Shown here: in pieces, positions 40,886-54,956 of the stretch
Layout of the letters: the number at the start of each line of letters is the position of its first letter
How positions within the stretch are numbered: the first letter of the stretch is position 1
Assembly (NCBI GenBank): GCA_951406725.2
Contig: OX597828.1
Coordinates: 47,182,001-47,246,000 of the forward strand
Direction of reading: 5' to 3'
DNA length: 64,000 nucleotides
Origin: Octopus vulgaris
Lineage: Eukaryota
Made by a program: the position numbers and the translations under genes
The notes under the pieces: generated by a model
Database searches by the model: none
Seen by the model: only the letters and a program-made list of their open reading frames with translations
Told to the model about the DNA's origin: nothing

Positions 40886-41117
40886 TATTTCTTTATTACC
40901 CACAAGGGGCTAAACACAGAGAGGATAAACAAGGACAGACAAACGGATTAAGTCGATTACATCAACCCCAGTGCGTAACTGGTACTTAATTTATCGACCC
41001 CGAAAGGATGAAAGGCAAAGTCGACCTCGGCGGAATTTGAACTCACAACGTAACGCAGACGAAATACCGCTAAGGACTTCGCCCGGCATGCTAACGTTTC
41101 TGCCAGCTCGCCGCCTT
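40886..41117 (-). mobile_element. SINE family A, full length, 17-bp TSD
   Basis: TTCTGTGCGTGTATACC at 40869-40885 and 41119-41135. Confidence 0.95.
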
Positions 41118-41118
41118 T

Positions 41119-41555
41119 TTCTGTGCGTGTATACCAATATTCCACTAAACTTTTTAATAATACCTTCTGGAAACTATCTTTAACTTTGCCTTGAGAATGT
41201 ATATATATGTTGCAATCTTTTGTACCCAATATTTTAATGAACTTGTTAAACTTTTTTATGTTCTTAACATGTTCTTGTTACCAAAGAATATATGTATATA
41301 TGTATTGTAGTATTTCGTGACAGCCAATATTCTGTGCGTGTATGGATATACAGATACAATACCAATATTCTACTGAACTTTTTAATAATTCCTTCTGGAA
41401 ACTATCTGTAACATATTCTTGAGAATGTATATTGATGTTGGAATCTTTTGTGCCCAATATTTTCATGAACTTGTTAAACATTTTTAAGTCCTTAACATGT
41501 CCTTGTTACCAAAGACTGTATATATATATATTGTAGCAATTTGTGACAACCAATA
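41119..41555. repeat. Diverged tandem duplication, ~215-bp unit x2
   Basis: Second unit starts TTCTGTGCGTGTAT at ~41330; ORFs 40957 and 41278 share similar peptides. Confidence 0.9.
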
Positions 41556-41834
41556 ATTAACACACCCAAACTTTTACATGTTGCAATCTTTTTCTAAAGA
41601 GTGAAACCGGTAAACATCTTTAAAATTGCATTTTCAAACCTTCTTTCGTATATATATATATAACGTATGTATGTATGTATGTACGTATGTATGTATGTAT
41701 GTATGTATGTATGTATGTATGTATGTATGTGTATGTATGTATGTATGCATGTATGTATGTATGCATGTATGTATGTATGCATGTATGTATGTATGTATGT
41801 ATTTGTATACGCATATATATATATACATATATAT

Positions 41835-41935
<101 letters not shown>

Positions 41936-42237
41936 ATACTGCTTGTAGGCGCAGTATAATCGGATGGTTATGAATTTCGCTTTGCAACCTCAAGAGCACG
42001 AGTTCAATACCACTGCGTAGCATCTTGGGTAAAAGTAATTTTCTATAACCTCATATTAACCTACACCTTGTGAACGAAACTGAGTTGATGGAAACTGTAC
42101 AGAAGCCCATCGGTTGGATTTTTTTACCTGTGACCTTACAAGGTTCAATTTTGCTTCACACACTCTCTCACCGATTCTGCCAGTGAAGTATTTTAAGGAT
42201 AGCCAATCCCGTCGAATATTCAGCCAATTAGGCGTTA

Positions 42238-42623
42238 CTCTTTTACTTGTTTCAGTCATTTGGCTGTGGCCATGCTTGAACACCGTCTTTAGTCGAGCAA
42301 ATCGACTCCAGGACTTATTCTTTGTAAGCTTAGTACTTATTTTACTATTCTCTTTTGCCGAACCGATAAGTTACGGGGACGTAAACACACTAGCATCGGA
42401 TGTCAAGCAATGCTAGGGGGTCAAACACAGACACACAAACACACACACATATATATACATATATACGACGGGCTTCTTTCAGTTTCTGTCTACCAAAGCC
42501 ACTCACAAGGCTTTAGTCGGCTCGAGGCTATAGTAGAAGACACTTGCCCAAGGTGCCACGCAGTGGGACTGAACCCGGAACCATGTGGCTGGTAAACAAG
42601 CTACTTACCACACAGCCACTCCT
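42238..42623 (-). mobile_element. SINE family B, full length
   Basis: Reverse complement of family B. Confidence 0.92.
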
Positions 42624-43035
42624 ATGATGATGATTTTGGACTATTTTCTATTAACCAGTAAGGACGTTTTGATAGTAGGTTCGAGTGGGATTAGTGTTCG
42701 GTGTAGTCAGGTGATTGTGACCTCGTAGTGATGGCGGACGAGTATGGTGGTCTGATAACGAAGACTGGTCTTCTAACGGTTGGCCGAAACTGATGGCCAG
42801 ATCTTGTAAAATAGAGGAGTGACACTGGCGATGGTGGTGGTGGTGGTGGTGTTGGTGGTATTGGTGATGGTGGTAAATGTGGTGGTGGTAATGGTGATGG
42901 TGGTGGCCGTCGTCGTTGTCATCGTTGTCGTGAAGGTTTCTGGAAGCTAATTAGTCTTATAGGAAAGATGTAAGGTGAAGAGTAGGGTTTTGTATGGAAA
43001 AAAGAAGGCGGAAGAAAGAGAATATCAACACCAGC

Positions 43036-43068
<33 letters not shown>

Positions 43069-43266
43069 AGCAATGGCAATAAACAAACGTAAAGAAACAG
43101 ATAAAAAGTGTCTAAAACTAGGTGGCAGCACCAGTAAGAGGCAAACACTTTTCTCTGTTAGATTAGCTCTCCTGCTTGACTTCCAGCATGGCATTCACTG
43201 AAGTTGAAGAAGCTCGGAAAACAAGCTGCTCCAACCATGTTCTTTTACATCAAGTGGCTCACTCAC

Positions 43267-43450
43267 GGCAAAATCGACAAATAAAACCGCACGTCGTCCG
43301 CTGATACTCCGTCTCCGGCAGCTTTCCGCCAAACAACCGCCGACGTCTTCGCTATTGCTATCGTTCTCGACTTCGCCTTCGCCATCGCCATCGCCTGCCA
43401 GTGTCCGTTCCACAAAAACCCGCCAACGTCCGCCAACACTCTCAAAACAG
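43267..43450 (-). other. Candidate spliced exon (184 nt), coding status unknown
   Basis: Acceptor TTTTTTTCGTCTCAG, donor GCC|GTGAGT, CpG-rich unique sequence, at least two open frames; no recognisable protein. Confidence 0.35.
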
Positions 43451-43520
43451 CTGAGACGAAAAAAACCAAAAAAAAACAAAGAAATAAAAGCCGAAAAGAG
43501 GTTTACAAAACTTAAATTAC

Positions 43521-43632
43521 AAATAATAATAATAATAATAATAATAACAACAATAATAATAATAATAATAATAATAACAATAATAATAATAATAATAATA
43601 ATGCTAATGATAATGATAATGATAATGATAAC

Positions 43633-43670
<38 letters not shown>

Positions 43671-43671
43671 C

Positions 43672-43703
<32 letters not shown>

Positions 43704-43707
43704 CAAC

Positions 43708-43773
<66 letters not shown>

Positions 43774-43836
43774 AATAATAATAATGATAATAATAATAAT
43801 AACAACAATAATAATAATAATAATAATAATAACAAC

Positions 43837-43904
<68 letters not shown>

Positions 43905-43933
43905 CAATAATAATAATAATAATAATATTAATG

Positions 43934-44027
<94 letters not shown>

Positions 44028-44137
44028 TGATGATGATGATGATGATGATGATAATAATAATGATAATAAAAAATAACAACAATAATAATAATATTAATAA
44101 TAATAATGATAATAATAACAGTAATAATAATAATAAA
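43521..44137. repeat. (AAT)n compound microsatellite
   Basis: Read directly. Confidence 0.98.
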
Positions 44138-44438
44138 TCAGAAAAACAAAGCGGAATTAGAATACAAAAACGATGAACAAGTAATGTGTAATATCATCGA
44201 CCCCCACCACTGCTTAATACCCGGGAATGCCCTTGAAACAAAGGGCAAGAATGGAAAATGTAATGGTAATCCGTAATGGACACACACACACACACAGATA
44301 CACACATATATATATATAAATATGTGTACATATATACATATATATATATACACACACATACAAATATATCCATGTCACATCTTCCTCTGCCTTCACCTAA
44401 TTTCTCTCTCTTTCTCTCGCTCTCTCTCTCTCTCTCTT

Positions 44439-44476
<38 letters not shown>

Positions 44477-44580
44477 TCAGTCTCTCCCGATGTCTCTCCG
44501 TTTCTCTCTCTAACACACTGATTCCTGTCTTCACAGTCTCAGGTTTTCCTCTTCATCTAATTCCTCAAACAGCAGCAATT

Positions 44581-44615
<35 letters not shown>

Positions 44616-44694
44616 AATATACACACACATGCACAGACGTGTATATGGGTGTGTATGTGTATGTATATATAGACACATATATATATGTATATAC

Positions 44695-44735
<41 letters not shown>

Positions 44736-44787
44736 TGTATATGTATATTATATAATGTATATGTATATGTGTATTTTACATATATTG

Positions 44788-44852
<65 letters not shown>

Positions 44853-45312
44853 ATGTGTGCGTGTGTGTATAAACCTTCACCATACACATACGCTCACGTA
44901 AGCGCCAAAACTACACACAAGCGCTTTCAGAGTTGTGCGCGTGTATATGTATGAATATATACCCGCGCACACACATACACACACACACCCACCCACACAC
45001 ACATACACACACACACATCTATATATAGACTCGTAAGCACGTATATGCATGTATGTATGTATGTATGTATGTATGTATGTTTGTATGTATGCATGTATGT
45101 ATGTAACTGTATACATACACTCATATAAGTGCATGTAGGTATTTGTGCGAATGTATATGTGTCACACGCACCGTGTATCAATATCTAAATTCCTTAGACG
45201 CTAAATACCCAGGTATATAAACGTATATGATCGAACATTTATACACACACGCACACACACAACACACACACAATCACACTCACCTACACATACACTTGCG
45301 TACACAAACTCA

Positions 45313-45377
<65 letters not shown>

Positions 45378-45418
45378 TATACATATGTATATACATACAC
45401 ACACACACACAAACACAC

Positions 45419-45449
<31 letters not shown>

Positions 45450-45853
45450 TTAACACATACGTTATCATATACAGACGGATCAACACTTATATGCAGACAC
45501 GTGTATATAGATACAAACACACACACACACACACACGCACACACACATGAACACACATTTATGTATATGTGTGTATGTGTGCGTACTTGTATTTGCGTGT
45601 GCTTGTTGTGTGTGTGTGTGTGCGTGTGATGTGCGTGTGTGGACGGGTACGTTTACGTACAAACGTACATCATCTACCCCTACACACACACACACACATT
45701 ACACTCATCCCAATGTCAAGAACTATGGGTTTTATTGTGTTATTATTATTATTGTGTGTGTGTGTGTCTATGTATAGTTGTATGCTGTGCTTATATTTCC
45801 TTTTGCAATTCGTGTGTGTGTGTGTGTGTGTGATGGAGGCATTCTGAAACAGT

Positions 45854-45868
45854 TGCACCCTCTGGCGG
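45854..45868 (-). promoter_or_regulatory. CTCF-like motif
   Basis: Minus strand reads CCGCCAGAGGGTGCA, two deviations from the CCASYAGRKGGCRS consensus; lies in a unique island. Confidence 0.35.
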
Positions 45869-46348
45869 TGTTTGGTGGAAACAATGAGACAACAACTTTC
45901 TGTTGATTTTGATGACAAATTCAATTCATCGTCGGAATAGAAATGGGGATGTGGCACGGGGCGGGTGGGTGGGGTGGGGTGGCTGACGAGGGTGGGGATG
46001 TGGACGGGTGGCGTCGGTGTTTGACGCTGTTAAGGAAGGGTGACGAGGTGTGGATATGGACATGACAAGGCATTGGAAGTGGTGGTAGTGGCGGAGGCGG
46101 AGGCGGAGGCGGCGGTGGTGGTGGCAGTGATGGTGGTGGTGGTGTTGGTGGCGGCGGCGGTGGTGGTGGTGGCAGTGTGGTTGTGGTGGTGGTGGTGGTG
46201 GTGGTGGTGGTTGTGGTTGTGGTGGTGGTGGTTGTGGTGGCGGTGGCGGCGGCGGCGGTGGCGACGGTGGTGGCGACGGTGGTGGTGGTGGTGGTGGTGG
46301 TGGTGGTGGTGGTGGTATTGACACTAGTGGTATTGTGCTATATACAAT

Positions 46349-46499
46349 ATTCCGCCAAGGTCGGCTTTGCCTTTCATCCTTTCGGGGTCGATAAATTAAG
46401 TACCAGTTACGCACTGGGGTCGATGTAATCGACTTAATCCGTTTGTCTGTTCTTGTTTGTCCACTCTGTGTGTAGCCCCTTGTGGGTAGTAAAGAAATA
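46349..46499 (+). mobile_element. SINE family A, 5'-truncated
   Basis: Central block and tail intact. Confidence 0.9.
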
Positions 46500-46904
46500 G
46501 GTATTGGCACTGGATGTATAGCTGTTGTTGTAACCCTTAGTGGTGTTCATGAGCTCCGATTGAACAGTCCTACGATCAAGCCACCCCAGCCATGACCATC
46601 TCGCTTTTTATGCATATGCAGAAGACCTAAGCGGATATTAACCAAAGTATTTGTTCCTCAATCAAGACCAATATGTATTTACTTCTTTTTGTGCTATATA
46701 CAATACCCTCGTCATACATCAGCGAACCTATACCTAATGTCTATGCTCCAGCATGGACATGCCTGTGATTGTTAAATAAATCGTAAACCACGAAGGCCGA
46801 AGTTAACTTTAACTTTTCGATTAAATGGGCCCCGAGTTGGCAGAACTGTTACCGCCCTGCAACTGTGGGGTTAAGACGACAGTCGTAGAATTCTCACCAG
46901 TAAA

Positions 46905-47085
46905 GGACTGACGTGGTTGTATGGCAAGAAGTTTGTTTCCCAACCACATGGATCCTGGTTCAGTTCCACTCCGACACCTTGGGCAAGTGTCTTCTACTAT
47001 AGTGTTGAGTCGACCAAAGCCTTGCGAGTGGATTTGGTAGACGGAAACCGAAAGGAGCCCATCAAATACATATACGCGTACGCGA

Positions 47086-47138
<53 letters not shown>

Positions 47139-47440
47139 GGGCTGGCCAAAACCTTGTGAGTGGATTTGGTAGACGGAAACAGAAAGAAGCCCGGCGAATA
47201 TATATGTGTATGAACGTGCGCACGAGTGTGCGTGCGTTTGGGTATCTGTACCACACCATTGCTTGACAACCGGTCTTGGTGTATTTATGTCCCCATAACT
47301 TAGTGGTTCGACAAAAGAAACGGAATGAATAAGTATCAGACTTAAAAAGGAAGAATAAATACTGGGATCGATTAATTCGACTAAAAAAATTCTTCAATTC
47401 GGCGCTCCAGAATGGACGCAGTCCAAAGACTAAAACAGAT
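46905..47440 (+). mobile_element. Diverged SINE family B with internal duplication around (GT)n
   Basis: GAGTGGATTTGGTAGACGGAAAC occurs twice. Confidence 0.8.
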
Positions 47441-47899
47441 AAATAAAAATAAAAAAATTTTTAAAAAGGTAATAAAATTCTTAAAAACTTTAAATAAATA
47501 AAAATAAAAATAATAAATGCAGAAAGTAAGTCCATCAATTCTAATAATTGAATTATCTAAAAAATAAATAATAATTAATGTGAAATATATAGGCATGAGT
47601 GAATTAAATACTTGCAAACAATACGAAGTGAGCAACACCTATACGTTCACGCACGTATTATATTAGCATAAAGCTATATAATTATGCTGTTTTTTTTTCT
47701 CAGCAGATAATTACCGTTTCTAGCTAGAGTCTTACATTAATTGTATGTTTCTACTTAGTCTAATTATAATTACTGGAGTATTTTAAAAATAAAACGTGTG
47801 TGTGTGTATTTGCGCGTGTGTCTGTATCTCTGGACATATTCATGTATATTTGTGTTTTATATACATACATAAATACATACATACATACATATAAGCATG

Positions 47900-47968
<69 letters not shown>

Positions 47969-48120
47969 GAAGACATGAATGCATACATACATACTTATAT
48001 ATGCATATATATATGTGTGAGTAAATGTGTATATGTATTTATGTATGCATATATGTGTATACATATACACACATACTCACAACCGAACGTATAGTTGTGC
48101 GTGTGTATACACACACATAT

Positions 48121-48165
<45 letters not shown>

Positions 48166-48180
48166 CATACATACACACAC

Positions 48181-48211
<31 letters not shown>

Positions 48212-48315
48212 AATATATATATATATAGATATATGAATATCGTATTATATATATATATGTATATCTATATACAATATATATGTACATACGTACATACATA
48301 TAAAATATATATATT

Positions 48316-48453
<138 letters not shown>

Positions 48454-48870
48454 ATATACAGAAATGGGAGAGGGGAGGAAGAGAGAAACGCATGCGGCTG
48501 TAATCCGCTTTACACTTAGGCAGACAGATAATACATCACTAAAAAAATGTCCATATCTATCTTATACATTATTACATCATTATATGAATCAATATAGACA
48601 TAACTACTAATTGGTTAATTAACTATTGAAAATTAATCATAGAGTTTCAGTGCGATCTACTGTGTGGCGGTATCCGACGTGGAGATAAGTAATTACACAG
48701 AAATAAGTAATTATGAAAAATAGCAATTACAATTATATAATACGAAAATGAATTAACAGTGATATAAATTGTTTTCTCTTTTAATTACAATTTTAAAATG
48801 ATTTATTACATTATTACTGAATACAACAAGAAATTCTAATTAATGCTTCATAAATTGAAATTAACTTGCT

Positions 48871-48907
<37 letters not shown>

Positions 48908-49043
48908 GTATGCATATATATATAGGTATATGTATATATATATTTGTATATATGTATATATATATATATATATATACATACATATATGTGCATATATATA
49001 TACATATATACAGAGAGAGAGAGAGAGAGAGAGAGATGCATAT

Positions 49044-49082
<39 letters not shown>

Positions 49083-49639
49083 CGTGTCTGTGTATACGCA
49101 AATTAAAAATAATGATCATTTTATATTTTTCTTTTATTAGAGCAATCTTGGCTTACAGTTGTTTCCAGTAGTCATTATAGGTACATTACTGATAGGTTTA
49201 CTCAGTTGGTTTATTGATCAGTTGAGAAAATTTGAACTTTCACTCAGTGGACTATAGCCATGCTGGAGCACAATCTTGAAGGATTTTAGTCGAACAAATC
49301 GATTTCAATACTTTTTGTTTTTTACATGTCACATATTCATTCGGTGTTTTTTGACCAACTACTAAATTATGGATACGCAAACAAGCCAACACTGGTCATC
49401 AAGACTCGGAGGGGTAGCAAACACAATCACCAAGACACGCATATAAACATATATACATATAAATGCGACGGGCTTCTAAATATGTGTATGTATATGTACG
49501 TGTATGTTTGCATTTACATATATGCATACATGTATGTATGTATGTATGTATGTATGTATGTATGTATGTATGTATGTATGTATGTATGTATGTATGTATG
49601 TGTCAGGTCACTTTCGTGTGCTACTGTTAACATGTAACC

Positions 49640-50030
49640 CAGTACAACCTGTTGTGAGGAGGGTCACTTGCTTGGTGAGGAGGGTGTTTATTGGACACCC
49701 TGCAGGTTGAAAAACAAAACCCGTCAAAGGGCGGAGGAACTCTTGTGTCAACGGCCATCCAATAAATGTCTTAAGGCTGTATCATGCGCGGGGACATAGA
49801 AATAATCGGATTGAATACCCGATCGTGCGGTTAAACCATTGGGAGTGAATGACTCCTAGCCTTTGTTAGGGCATCCTTCTAGGAGAAGGTAACTCAGGTA
49901 ACTGGGATAACTCCGATATAAAACCTGCGGCTCAGTGGTTACCGATGATGTTGACTTGTTCTTCTTTTCGGATTATGACTGCTGTTGCTTAGTGAGTGGG
50001 ATTGACTCAGTGCACAGACTTTCCTCAGTT
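49640..50030 (+). mobile_element. Probable RTE-type 5'UTR-like interspersed repeat
   Basis: AGGGCATCCTTCTAGGAGAAGGTAACTC...AAACC resembles a motif I recall from RTE 5'UTRs; single copy here. Confidence 0.35.
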
Positions 50031-50385
50031 TAAAAAAATCTTCTTGCACAAGCATTGCACGATAACAACATTGATTAAGCTTCGTGCAATGGCCATACTC
50101 GATAACAAGGGGGCAGCCACCATGTACGTATGTATGTACATGAGTAAAAAATGGGATTAAAAAATCCTGGCAGATATCAAGTAAGCACTTAGTATAAAGG
50201 AATAAGGTTAAATCTCCAATAATTAGATACCAGTAAATGTAAGCAGAATACAAGTACCACGTACTCTAAAGATACATGTACACGTAGATAGTTATGCACG
50301 GGTATATGTATGTATGTCTATGAATTTATTCATGCATGTAAAAACATATATGTGCATACATGCGTGCATACATGCGTGCGTGGAT

Positions 50386-50767
50386 GGAAGCACTCCGTCG
50401 GTTACGACGATGAGGGTTCCGGTTGATCCGAATCAACGGAACAGCCTGCTCGTGAAATTAACGTGTAAGTGGCTGAGCACTCCACAGACATGTGTACCCT
50501 TAACGTAGTTCTCGGGGATATTCAGCGTGACACAGAGAGTGACAAGGCCGGCCCTTTGAAATACAGGTACAACAGAAACAGGAAGTAAGAGTGAGAGAAA
50601 GTTGTGGTGAAAGAGTACAGCAGGGATCACCACCATCCCCTGCCGGAGCCTCGTGGAGCTTTTAGGTGTTTTCGCTCAATAAACACTCACAACGCCCGGT
50701 CTGGGAATCGAAACCGCGAACCTATGACCGCGAGTCCGCTGCCCTAACCACTGGGACATTGCGCCTC
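50386..50767 (-). mobile_element. SINE family D (tRNA-Arg(TCG)-like head), long tail
   Basis: Minus-strand head GGCGCAATGTCCCAGTGGTTAGGGCAGCGGACTCGCGGTC...GGTTTCGATTCCC. Confidence 0.88.
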
Positions 50768-51479
50768 CACATGTATGTATGTATATCTACATAAGGTAAT
50801 ACAGAACCCAAGAGGATTGGTTTTAATATGTGTCAAGAAGACTTACGTTACTTTGAAAATTGACAGAAAACGTAGAGTGAGACAGCAATGGAGAGTGTAA
50901 TGCCCAACGTTTCGGAAAGAGTCTTTCTTCAGGGAAAAATTTAACTCGCTGGAAATAAATAAAAATAGTAGAGGTTTCCATCAACGCTGTTCTGGCGATT
51001 TTATATGTCTCCTTTTATCAGAAACAGCTGGATGTATTTCTGAATAGTCAACGGCGTTGGAGAGCATAAAGATTAAAGTTACAGTTGAGAAAAATATAGC
51101 TGAAGTGGAGGACTAGAAGCCATCTGAATATTGGAACACTCTTGCCGGTATCATGATGATTCGCAGCATGTATAAAAATGCCGATATCACGACTGCTTCC
51201 CAGCTATCTGTGAGCACTGTATAGGCTGGGAGACGTGACAGGAGGATGGTATAATTTTTATTTGCTACAGGAGCATCTTTTGAGGGATGCGTTACAAGGA
51301 GAGTTTACAATTTGTGGGGAGGGTGTTACATAAACGCTTAGGGATAAAGAAAGGGAAACGATAGTGAAATGCGGTAAAGATAAACATAGTTTGTGAATAC
51401 ACGGATGATGTAGTCTTCTTGATACAGGGAAACCTCCAACTAAGGTCTAGGAAGAAACCTCAGGCATCCGGGATTACTC

Positions 51480-52720
51480 TGGCCACTAAGAGAACGAGTT
51501 TACGCCTAACTGTTATTTTCTAATCCACACGCGAATGCGTGGATTAGCTTCATTTGCTCTGACCCTTTTTGTCACAATCACACACCATCTTATAAATTCA
51601 TTATAAGAGAGCACTTTCCTTCCCTAAATCGAACTTGAAAAACTCGATGAGCACTTGACCAAGAGAGGAAGGTGTCTTACTTTATTCCTTTCTACCTTGT
51701 CCACCACAAATTTGATTCACAGGGGAACAGCGTCTGCCCTACCTTTGTTAAAAACGGGTTGCGGGTAGATCCCTGTCCTGGACTCGGGCGACAGCCAGAT
51801 TCGTCCTCCAAGCGACAGCAAGTGTTCTGCATCTCTTCATAAGTCAGCAATGATCGGATATTGCATGAGTGCGTGCAGTACAATATCGTTAGTCTGAGTG
51901 CATGTGGAACACTCTTACCTAGCTTCGCTTCCGTTTACTTCTAATCGGTTCCCTCCACCACGATCCCCATCCCCGGTAGCACTGTCTGACCAAGGGTTCC
52001 TAAAAATTATTTACAGTTGTTTCTGGTTCATATGTTCTCCGAAACAGAACGACTAGTTCGTCTTATCGCTGCATGGAGTTTCCCCGAGAATATCATGCTC
52101 CCAGAGGGCGCTGACAACAGAAGGACCTTCTCACTAGTGGAAAACATACATCCCTTCTGCAGGAAGCAGAACAGCAGATGCTCCAATGTTGCCAAAAGGG
52201 GACTGGTGCAAAACACAATGGTCAAACGTTAAGTTAGAACAGAGGTAATGTAAGCATTCGTTACAATTGCTCCACCTTTCAATGATAGCTTCTTCTGAAC
52301 ACATTTCTATGTGAGGCTGGTCATCCTGTTTGTAACTTCAACCCAGGTTTTCTTGACCCTTGGAGGTCCGGGGCAAAACAGACCCCGTATAGTTAAACTG
52401 GTCCTTCTGATTAGTGACCTGTTATACTGTGCGACGGCATAATCTTAACTTTTTATGTGCTGAGCTACAAACCCTCAGGATTTATACCCCTTGTCAGGAT
52501 ATATCTTTCTTTTTATTCGATTCGTATTCCTTTTGGAAGATGCCCAACACTTGCACTTCTGTGACCTCTGATACCATTACCGGGACGTCATCTGCATACA
52601 TCAACACTGTTCTCCTGCATCCCAGCTGAAAAGGGATGCCTCTCAAGAGTTCTAGCTTCTTCAGCAATGTCTTCAGAGCCAGCATCCCTACAGGAAACGC
52701 GAAATGATAACCCCGATGGA
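51480..52720 (-). mobile_element. Decayed L1/Tx1-like LINE ORF2 (RT motif to zinc knuckle)
   Basis: LALKTLLKKLE...VLMYADDVPVMVS; ECSTCTQTNDIVLHALMQY (degenerate CCHC); GQVLIEFFKFDL terminus; many stops and deletions. Confidence 0.85.
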
Positions 52721-52908
52721 CCAAGTGCGCGATAGGATGAGATTTCTATCGTAGGAAATTGCAGTAGTATTAGGGTAACACTCACGGTCGATTCAACTGA
52801 CAAAGCTGAGAATGCACTTAAGTCAACTTTTTACAGGAGGTTTAAATTAATACAGAGAGTTGCTTATTTGCAAAAAGAAAAAAAAAAGAAATATAACATG
52901 TGACTTCA

Positions 52909-53228
52909 TTGACCGAGGTTACCGTGGTCTTTTCCGTAGGCTTTTCTTTCCACAGGTAAACCTCACCTGTCCTCCCCTTTACACTTCATATTGACATTTC
53001 TGTGATAACGATCCCTATTGATCAATTTTTTTTTCTTTCCCTTTTTTTTTCTTTCCCCACTTTTTTATTTTTTATTTTATTTCCGCCCCCCTTTTTTGCC
53101 CTCTTTCTTTCCTTTTACGATCCCTTTTGATCGAAAACCAAACCGCCATTTTTTTTACCCCCAAAAGAAAAGCTCTACCTTGTAATTTGTCCTGTCTGTG
53201 TGCAGCCCTGTGTGGCTAATAAAGAAAC
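52909..53228 (+). mobile_element. T-rich retroposon 3'-end repeat with AATAAA
   Basis: Inverted homolog at 62511-62934; ends GTGGCTAATAAAGAAAC. Confidence 0.8.
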
Positions 53229-53459
53229 ATATCTTCGGAACATCTACGTAAAATGAAAACAAGTCCTGCGACGTGGAAAACAACGTCCCATAGAACAAAA
53301 ATAACGCTCAAGGTATAAGGAAAGGGCTTGCTCCAAATTTCAGAAATACAGTTTTATGCAAAATAGTTTAGAAAAAAATATACCGAAAGAGAAAGAATAT
53401 AAGTGACGAGGCGATGAGGAGAGAATGGACAGAGGAAGTAAAGAGGTAACGGGACTAAT

Positions 53460-53528
<69 letters not shown>

Positions 53529-53741
53529 GGCGGGACAAGGGTGGGAGAGAGAGAGAGAGATGGCAAGAGGAAGAGATAACGTAAGCTGTTAACGGTATCT
53601 CGAGAAACCAAGAGTGGGTGATGTGACGGGAAAAGAAGAAAAAGTGAAAATTTTACGTGTGAGTATTGTGTGTTTGTATATGTGTGTGTGTGTGTGTATA
53701 CATACGTGCTTATATCTATATGCATTTATCTGTATGTATAC

Positions 53742-53796
<55 letters not shown>

Positions 53797-53799
53797 ATA

Positions 53800-53834
<35 letters not shown>

Positions 53835-53840
53835 CATACA

Positions 53841-53941
<101 letters not shown>

Positions 53942-54559
53942 GTTTAAGTGTACCCATACACACACACATCTGTAATGAAAATGAATGAAAGAATTAGTGA
54001 CTGAATGAGAACTTAAAAGACCGAAAGAGACACACACAGATGTAGAGACAGAGAGAAAGAAATATATAGATGCTGCACAAGGAAAATGGAAAAACAGAAA
54101 GGTAGAAAAGGGGGGAACGGGAGAGAGAGACAGAGAGAGAGAAAGAGACAGAGAGAAAGAGAGAGACAGAGACAAACACAGAGAAGAAGAGATAAAATGA
54201 AAGAAAGATGCGTGCGAGGGTGGTCCACTTAACGCTGGGCCACTAAGAACAGATCTATGAACGTTTGAATGTGTGTTTGCGTGTGTATGTGTATATGTGT
54301 GAGTAAGAGAGAGGGGGTGATACAGAGACAGGGAGAGAGATAAAAAGAGAAGTGGACATGTGGAGAAGAGAGAGAGAGAGAGAGAGGGAGAGAAAGTAGA
54401 GAGATATATATGAAGATGAACCATTTCCTTACAGATCACATTATCTGATCTATGTAGTTATATTAATACGTGCATGTGTGTGTAAGTATATACACTTAGG
54501 ATAGCAAGCCATATATATATATATATATATATATGTAACACACACACACACACACACAC

Positions 54560-54628
<69 letters not shown>

Positions 54629-54785
54629 TATATAAATGTATGTATATATATATATGGGGAGAGAGAGAGAGAGAGTGATGTATATGAGCCACTAACATCT
54701 ACTCCTTCTATTATAGATGTATGTGGCTAATATCAACGCATGTGCGTCTGTGAATGTCTATACCAATATATACATATATATATAC

Positions 54786-54828
<43 letters not shown>

Positions 54829-54899
54829 TTTATACATATATATGTATATGTATACATGTATATATATATGTATTATGTATGTATGTATGTATGTATGTA

Positions 54900-54956
<57 letters not shown>

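Noticed and set aside
42748-42802. CTGATAA...GAAAC hammerhead-like string
   Set aside because: Mutated core, no NUH triplet and no clear stem II.
50690-50767. tRNA-Arg gene
   Set aside because: No proper acceptor stem or terminator; it continues into a SINE body shared by other copies.
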